From Candidatus Dojkabacteria bacterium (GTDB taxonomy: Bacteria; Patescibacteriota; Dojkabacteria; B142; OLB20): DNA of 64,000 nt. Location of the stretch: positions 768,845-832,844 of the forward strand of contig CP129475.1 in the NCBI GenBank assembly GCA_030583785.1. The letters run 5' to 3'. The notes under the pieces were generated by a model, which saw only the letters and a list, made by a program, of their open reading frames with translations, searched no databases and was not told where the DNA came from. The translations under genes and the position numbers were made by a program. Numbering within the stretch: position 1 is the first letter of the stretch; each line of letters begins with the position of its first letter. Positions 58,567 to 64,000 of the stretch are shown here, in pieces.

Positions 58567-59961
58567 TTGAAACGCTCAAGATTCCGATTATTCATTGCTG
58601 CGCTGGTGTTAATCCTTGCTGCAGTTATTGCTCTTCCTTCAATTGTTATTAAGGTCGGAGATGACAATATCCGTATTAGAGGATTTGATCCGTTAGATCT
58701 TAACTCTGCATTCGTAACACAAAGATTTGAATTACAACCATCATTAGATTTTCAAGAAGGTCAGGTGTCTGTATTTGATGTAAATCTTGCACCTATTCCC
58801 AGAAGTCAAAGACTTGAATATTTAACCAGGATTCGAAATATTGTTTTTACTCGAATTCAAAGATCCGGGCTTTCAGATTTTGAGCTTGATTCGCTTCATA
58901 ATCACGATATTGATTCTTATCAATTAATCTTACATTCTGCAACAAAAATTGATTCATCACTGTTGGCACTCCTCACCCGAACAGGCGAATTATCCGCCTG
59001 GATAAACGATCCAAATATCGATAGAAATCTTGCAACAGATGAAGATCTACAAGATCCGTTTTATGGGAGAAATCAAACTGGAATAAGCAACGAAGATATT
59101 GAATCTGCAACAGTAATTTCTGATTCCAGGATATATTTGTTCGATCCATCTAGGCCAAGTAACTATGGTATCAGACTTAATTACAGAGAAGAGTCTGCTC
59201 CAATGTATGTTGCTGCAGCTCAGCAAAGCTCAAACTCAACTTCTCCGATTCTTTATGCGATAGATAATGAACCAATTGCTTTTCAGTCACCAGGTCAAAT
59301 ATATGACTTCCTAAATCCTGGAAGGACATCTCTTCTGGTTACACTTGCAGATGACAGTTATCGAGTAAATGCAATCATAGCTTCTGTATTAAGTACGCCT
59401 AAACTTGATTTTTCCGTTTCATTAATTAGTTCAGAAACAGTTGCTCCCAGGTATGGAAGCATAACCCTGCAGATATTGCAGGTGTCAGGGTTAGTACTAC
59501 TTACCCTAATGATTGCGCTGTTATCTTTCTGGTATAAAAAACACGCCAGGTTTATTGCTGTAGCTTTAATCAGTTTATCGATTATCAATTTGGCGCTAGC
59601 CAAGGTATTCGGTTTAACTCTAAGTCTGTCTATGATATTAGGTCTCTTGGTGGGCTATTTTGCCTTTGTACTGTTTCTAGTTAATGCAATTAGGTATATC
59701 CAAGACAAGACAGCTAATGGCATCACAAAAGAGGAGCTTCAACAAGTTTACAGTGACTCGCTTGGATCAATTAGAAATTCATCGATAATAATCATTTTCC
59801 TTATTCTTGTCAGCCAAACCTATGGCATTATAAGTGTTGTCCATTTTGGAAACGGACTAGGATTTACACTCGTCAGTGCAATTCTAACCTTAATGATAAT
59901 AATAAGACCTCTACTGCCGGAACTTTATCTGAGACCAAGCAAGAAAAATGAAAAGAATTAA
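58567..59961 (+). CDS. secD: SecD-like protein-export membrane protein
   Basis: N-terminal TM, a large extracytoplasmic domain, and a C-terminal 6-TM bundle, followed by a SecF-like gene whose start overlaps. Confidence 0.5.
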   Translation: MKRSRFRLFIAALVLILAAVIALPSIVIKVGDDNIRIRGFDPLDLNSAFVTQRFELQPSLDFQEGQVSVFDVNLAPIPRSQRLEYLTRIRNIVFTRIQRSGLSDFELDSLHNHDIDSYQLILHSATKIDSSLLALLTRTGELSAWINDPNIDRNLATDEDLQDPFYGRNQTGISNEDIESATVISDSRIYLFDPSRPSNYGIRLNYREESAPMYVAAAQQSSNSTSPILYAIDNEPIAFQSPGQIYDFLNPGRTSLLVTLADDSYRVNAIIASVLSTPKLDFSVSLISSETVAPRYGSITLQILQVSGLVLLTLMIALLSFWYKKHARFIAVALISLSIINLALAKVFGLTLSLSMILGLLVGYFAFVLFLVNAIRYIQDKTANGITKEELQQVYSDSLGSIRNSSIIIIFLILVSQTYGIISVVHFGNGLGFTLVSAILTLMIIIRPLLPELYLRPSKKNEKN

Positions 59962-60862
59962 TAAAACACTGGTAATAATTATTGTTCATCTAACTGTCCT
60001 GATAGCTGCTGTATTTGCAGTTTACAATTACGACTTTAAGCAGGGAATTGACTTTGATAATTCCCGAGCTGTCCAAATTTCGTTCGAGTCAGAAGTAAAC
60101 AGAACTGAACTGGCAGATTTTGTAAACACAACTCTTCCCTACGAAAGATTTGATAATAGCGGGAATAGAGTTTTCAGAGTTTACTATCAAAACGCTGAAG
60201 ATGGAAAAGTCGACGACCTTATTGAAAGAATACAAGAAAGGTTCGGAACGATAACCGAGACTGTTAAATACAACAGTAATCCCGGGAACCTATTCATCTT
60301 CGCCCAACAAAGAATCGAGGCTTCCGTTTGGATATACTTACTTGGAGTTGTAATCTTTGTGTTGTTTACATTCCGTAAAAAAGGATTCTTAATAATTGAT
60401 TTGCTTGAATACATGTTGGCCCAGCTGGCCGGGTTCATGTGGTTCGCTGCAATCTTGGTTCTACTTACTGTTGTATTGAACGAGCTGGGTGTTGCAATTT
60501 CTTATTGGTATCTAAGCGGACTTATCGCTGCCTCAGCTATAGCTTTCCTGTTTATGCTTATAGTTATTACCAGACTTCTTTCTCGGCAACAGACAGAAAA
60601 ACCTAATTCACTTTTTGAAGAATACACGCTTTTACTAAAAGAAGAGAATAACGATTTCTTTAAATCGGGATTACTAGCTTCTACAATATTTCTTGGGTTA
60701 GTAATACTGCCATATCCTCAGTTGACAACTCTATTCGTTGTCTTATTATCGGTTCTGCTTGCTTTAGTTATGCAGACTACGGTTGTTCAATCCTTGTTGA
60801 TGTCGATTCATCTGCTTTCAACAAAGATTAAATTGAACAAAAGAATTAGAGGGAGATGGTAA
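59948..60862 (+). CDS. secF: SecF-like protein-export membrane protein
   Basis: N-terminal TM, then …KQGIDFDNSRAVQISF (the SecF GxDFxGG-like start of the periplasmic domain), then a 6-TM bundle. Confidence 0.5.
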   Translation: MKRINKTLVIIIVHLTVLIAAVFAVYNYDFKQGIDFDNSRAVQISFESEVNRTELADFVNTTLPYERFDNSGNRVFRVYYQNAEDGKVDDLIERIQERFGTITETVKYNSNPGNLFIFAQQRIEASVWIYLLGVVIFVLFTFRKKGFLIIDLLEYMLAQLAGFMWFAAILVLLTVVLNELGVAISYWYLSGLIAASAIAFLFMLIVITRLLSRQQTEKPNSLFEEYTLLLKEENNDFFKSGLLASTIFLGLVILPYPQLTTLFVVLLSVLLALVMQTTVVQSLLMSIHLLSTKIKLNKRIRGRW

Positions 60863-61359
60863 TCGAAGTATTAAGGCCTCAAGATTTTGAGGATTTTTAT
60901 CAGCTCTTTTCTAAGTTGATGTTAGAAGCCTTCCCCACATTCTCTCCAAGGCTAAAAAAGCACTTTCTGGATAAAGATTACAATCCTCAAGTACTTCGTT
61001 ACTGGATAGATAATAACATGCGAAAAGTTCTAATCGCACGAGATTCAGGAAAATCTATAGGTTTCATTATCGGAGATAATTCATACGGAGGAGTATCTTT
61101 TATCAGTTGGTTGGGAGTTGTCGAGCATTACCGAGGCTTAGGGATTGGATCAAAACTTTTAAATACTTATGAAGATTTTGCAATATCCTGTGGGTCGCAT
61201 CTTCTCGAACTGTTTACTTTCGAAAAAGTAAAGCCATTTTACCAAAGACATGGGTTCTCAGAAATAGGTAGAAGAGAAGAAGGTTACTATGGACAGAAGA
61301 ACCTAATTATGAACAAAACTATTGGTAAATGGAACGAGAATTATCTTGATAGAAGATAA
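60856..61359 (+). CDS. GNAT family N-acetyltransferase
   Basis: Acetyl-CoA-binding motif VVEHYRGLGIGSKLL (R/QxxGxG/A). Confidence 0.75.
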   Translation: MVIEVLRPQDFEDFYQLFSKLMLEAFPTFSPRLKKHFLDKDYNPQVLRYWIDNNMRKVLIARDSGKSIGFIIGDNSYGGVSFISWLGVVEHYRGLGIGSKLLNTYEDFAISCGSHLLELFTFEKVKPFYQRHGFSEIGRREEGYYGQKNLIMNKTIGKWNENYLDRR

Positions 61360-61836
61360 TTAATTAGCCTCGATAAGCTCACTGTAGAAACGGGATATTA
61401 TTTTAACCCTTGAGTCTAAGACATCAATTCTTAATCGATAGTTGGTACCAAGAAATAGTTCTGACGGAAGACTAAACTTACCTTCTTCTGAAGCTATTAT
61501 GTTTATCTCTTTTCCTTCTAGAGGAATGAATCCAAGTTCTGTTTCAAGTTCGATCGTACCAATACAAGTATATTCTTGGCAGATATCTGCAGTTTCATCT
61601 TCGATTGATGTTGTGATAATCAATTCTTCTGAATTAATGCTAATTGTTTCTGTTTGGATTGTTATTTGATCTGTTGGAGGTTGCTTGATTTCGACTGCTT
61701 CGCTAAGCTCTTCTTGTTCGGTGTTACCTGTTTTTTGTAAATTTCTGGCTTCAATGCCGGCCAGTGCAAATACTGCGATAATAATTACCAGAACAATGAG
61801 CAAACGAGTTCTTTTTATTTTGGATTCTTCCTGCAT
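61360..61836 (-). CDS. Hypothetical membrane-anchored acidic protein
   Basis: N-terminal TM RLLIVLVIIIAVFALAGI. Its stop and the GNAT stop share the palindrome TAATTAATTA. Confidence 0.35.
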   Translation of the reverse strand: MQEESKIKRTRLLIVLVIIIAVFALAGIEARNLQKTGNTEQEELSEAVEIKQPPTDQITIQTETISINSEELIITTSIEDETADICQEYTCIGTIELETELGFIPLEGKEINIIASEEGKFSLPSELFLGTNYRLRIDVLDSRVKIISRFYSELIEAN

Positions 61837-61858
61837 TTTTTAATTATATTCTAGGCAA

Positions 61859-62569
61859 TCAAACTGAGGCAATAATGTAATAATTACTGTCTCCTGATCT
61901 ACCATCAGCTTTGTAGGTTTTCTCAATCTTCAATTCTGCCTGAGTCATTAACTGCTCAGCTTCTTCTTGCGTAAAGCTATGAACATAGCGCACCAGCTTT
62001 TCGTCGTTATTCCAGGTTAATAGATAATCTCCTGTCTCGCATTCTTCTTCTTTTATGCCAACGGTGCTGAAGGGAAGTCTACGATCTAATAGCTCCGGCT
62101 GAGTATCAAGGTTCCAGAAAGTGGCAAGCATTTTCCCTTTATTGGTTAGAAGTTGCGCAGATTTAGTAATTAGCTCCGCTCTTTTTTCTGATCCTGGAAT
62201 ATGATGAAGTACTGCAATAAGAGCTACAAAATCGAATTTCTTATTTAGTTTCAGATCTAAGGTTAAATCTTTCTGAAGGAATTCTGTGTTTGGATTTTTT
62301 TCTTCGGCAATTTTCAGCAGTTGCTTTGAACTATCGACTCCTGTAGCTGTTAAATCGGGATAATACTTTCGTACATACTCAATGAATCTGCCGTTACCAC
62401 AGCCAAGATCAATTAACGCCTTAGGGTCGAAAGGCAAATCCTTGAAATATTCAATTACCCTTTGCCATCCAGCCCACGGAATTCCCCTAGATTTTGAGAA
62501 ATCGTCAGCCGTGTCTATATAGAACTTTTTGTTCAGATCAAGTAAGACTTTTCTTGTATTTGCATTCAT
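61859..62569 (-). CDS. Class I SAM-dependent methyltransferase. The track ORF extends to 62617; the internal start at 62569 avoids overlap with elp3.
   Basis: Motif I LIDLGCGNGRF and motif II FDFVALIAVLHH. Confidence 0.7.
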   Translation of the reverse strand: MNANTRKVLLDLNKKFYIDTADDFSKSRGIPWAGWQRVIEYFKDLPFDPKALIDLGCGNGRFIEYVRKYYPDLTATGVDSSKQLLKIAEEKNPNTEFLQKDLTLDLKLNKKFDFVALIAVLHHIPGSEKRAELITKSAQLLTNKGKMLATFWNLDTQPELLDRRLPFSTVGIKEEECETGDYLLTWNNDEKLVRYVHSFTQEEAEQLMTQAELKIEKTYKADGRSGDSNYYIIASV

Positions 62570-62590
62570 GATGATACAATTATACAGCTT

Positions 62591-64000
62591 ATGAGCAAAT
62601 ACAAATTCGATCCACAACCATATCTAAAAGAAATTCAATCTATTTGCGAATTAGTTGAAAGCAAAGATAAATGGAGACATAACAGTCTGCAAAGAATTCT
62701 TACAAAATACCCCCGAGACGGAAAAGCGATCTTCAGTAGAGATCAATTAGTTATCGGTTATCGCCAATTGATCTCTGCCGGAGTAATGGCAGAGAACAAA
62801 CTTGTGATGGATCGAATTCGTATGAAGCCTACAAGAACCTTGTCAGGTTTAGCAACAGTAACGGTTCTAACTAAGCCTTTTCCTTGTCCTGGTAAATGCA
62901 TTTTTTGCCCGAACGATGTACGCATGCCGAAAAGCTATTTAGCAAGCGAACCAGGGGCGCAAAGGGCCGAAAGAAACAGTTTCGATCCATATCTACAAAC
63001 TTATAATCGATTACTTGCACTTCACAATACGGGTCATAATGTGGAGAAGGTTGAGTTAATAATTCTTGGTGGAACTTGGTCGTTCTATCCAAGGTCTTAC
63101 CAGATCTGGTTTGTGAAGAGGTGCTTTGACGCACTTAATGACTTTTTAAAGGTTGATAATCGTGAACTCGTTAAGGCACAAAACTCATTTGTTGAAGCCG
63201 ATCGGATTCCAAGAATAGATGAGAAAGGCCGAGCCAGATCCTATAACGAAATTGTTCATGCAGTTAGCAGAGGAGACTCAGCAAAACTTCTTTCAGAAGG
63301 TGAGAGTGCAGATATTAGAGAATTATCTAAGGCACACAAGATAAACGAAACAGCTATTTGTAGATGCGTGGGCCTTGTTATCGAAACAAGACCCGATTTC
63401 CTTGACGAAGAAGAGGTAACATTTACTCGTAGTTTAGGAGCAACTAAAATACAAATTGGAATCCAGAGTTTGAACGATAAGGTATTAGGATTAAATAAAC
63501 GCGGCCACAACGCTGAATCTACAAAGAAAGCGATCTCGCTTCTCAGAAGAGCCGGATTTAAAATTCATGCCCACTGGATGCCTAACCTTTATGGCGCAAC
63601 GCCAAAAATCGATATTGAGGATTTTAAAAAATTGTGGGAGAGCGATGTGGCTCCGGACGAGCTCAAGCTTTATCCAACCTCAATTATTGCCAATACCGAA
63701 CTCTTCAATCTTTATAAACAAGGATCTTATAAACCATATACTCAAGATGAGTTGCTCCATATCTTAAAAGAAACTATGGCCATGACTCCTAGATACTGCA
63801 GGCTAACCAGGGTGATTAGAGATATTCCTTCTACAGATATAGTTGCAGGAAATAAAAAAACTAATTTCAGACAAATTGCCGAAAGGGTTCTGGAAGAGGA
63901 AGGTAGGGCCTGTAAGTGCATCAGGTGTCGTGAGGTTAAGTCGGGCATGATTTATCCTGAAAACGAACTTAGCTTCAAGGAGCTGAAGTATATGACAACA
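62591..64000 (+). CDS. elp3: ELP3-family radical-SAM enzyme (tRNA wobble-uridine modification), partial. It runs off the 3' edge and is absent from the ORF track.
   Basis: CPGKCIFCPND cysteine cluster. …DPYLQTYNRLLALHNTGHNVEKVELIILGGTW… and …GLVIETRPDF…IQIGIQS…GFKIHAHWMPNL…DELKLYPT… are colinear with eukaryotic and archaeal Elp3 radical-SAM domains. Confidence 0.8.
   Translation, partial: MSKYKFDPQPYLKEIQSICELVESKDKWRHNSLQRILTKYPRDGKAIFSRDQLVIGYRQLISAGVMAENKLVMDRIRMKPTRTLSGLATVTVLTKPFPCPGKCIFCPNDVRMPKSYLASEPGAQRAERNSFDPYLQTYNRLLALHNTGHNVEKVELIILGGTWSFYPRSYQIWFVKRCFDALNDFLKVDNRELVKAQNSFVEADRIPRIDEKGRARSYNEIVHAVSRGDSAKLLSEGESADIRELSKAHKINETAICRCVGLVIETRPDFLDEEEVTFTRSLGATKIQIGIQSLNDKVLGLNKRGHNAESTKKAISLLRRAGFKIHAHWMPNLYGATPKIDIEDFKKLWESDVAPDELKLYPTSIIANTELFNLYKQGSYKPYTQDELLHILKETMAMTPRYCRLTRVIRDIPSTDIVAGNKKTNFRQIAERVLEEEGRACKCIRCREVKSGMIYPENELSFKELKYMTT

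Noticed and set aside
62871-63948. Minus-strand ORFs 62871..63134, 63256..63510 and 63742..63948, and plus-strand 63567..63767 (different frame), listed in the ORF track
   Set aside because: They lie inside the long plus-strand ELP3 reading frame, which the track omits because it is edge-truncated. They are antisense or off-frame artefacts with no motifs.
1-64000. Alternative genetic code (UGA recoded as Gly, as in some small-genome uncultivated bacteria)
   Set aside because: TGA terminates murJ (5071-5073) where homology ends, and very long ORFs (ileS at 1350 aa, the 1141-aa GT, pnp) are uninterrupted under code 11.
1-64000. CRISPR arrays, transposases, integrases and prophage blocks
   Set aside because: No direct-repeat arrays, and no DDE/serine/tyrosine recombinase-like translations on either strand. 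The only phage-flavoured element is the tail-fibre-like motif in 8122..8823.

Overview
This is a low-GC bacterial chromosomal window using the standard genetic code: TGA terminates murJ at 5071-5073, and ORFs as long as the 1350-aa IleS are uninterrupted. Both strands are densely coded with no tRNA, rRNA, CRISPR array, transposase or integrase that I could see. The housekeeping backbone is: mltG (partial at the 5' edge), ruvX, pnp, murJ, holA, recA, type-2 IPP isomerase (fni), RNase Y, an amidase, parB, parA, two tandem lepB paralogues, a 1350-aa ileS with insertions, lgt, fmt, an archaeal-type UMP kinase, secG, a SecDF-like pair, lemA with DUF2207, and an ELP3-type radical-SAM enzyme truncated at the 3' edge. 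The ORF track omits both edge-truncated genes. The accessory content lies between about 29.5 and 52.3 kb. It starts with a Wzm/Wzt ABC-exporter glycan locus that carries its own PAPS synthesis genes (sat and cysC), a carbohydrate-type sulfotransferase, a 1141-aa multidomain glycosyltransferase, a GT2, a tandem double-GT4 protein, and a GtrA/GtrB polyprenyl-phosphate sugar module with a GT4 and galE. Directly downstream on the same strand sits a eukaryote-like two-subunit ATP-citrate lyase (aclBA), followed by manC, a YvcK/CofD-family protein and apbE. Together this looks like a locus for a sulfated, ABC-transporter-exported surface glycan, which I consider the strongest candidate for an undescribed system here. 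Immediately downstream of recA there is a wHTH-nucleotidyltransferase-like gene followed by a single-polypeptide HEPN-nucleotidyltransferase fusion, a toxin-antitoxin or defence-like module. The gene content (ruvX, duplicated lepB, an oversized aaRS, fni, ELP3, many secreted or anchored hypotheticals) fits a small-genome, possibly CPR-like lineage, but that is inference only. All functional calls rest on motif recognition by eye from the translations, with no searches run.
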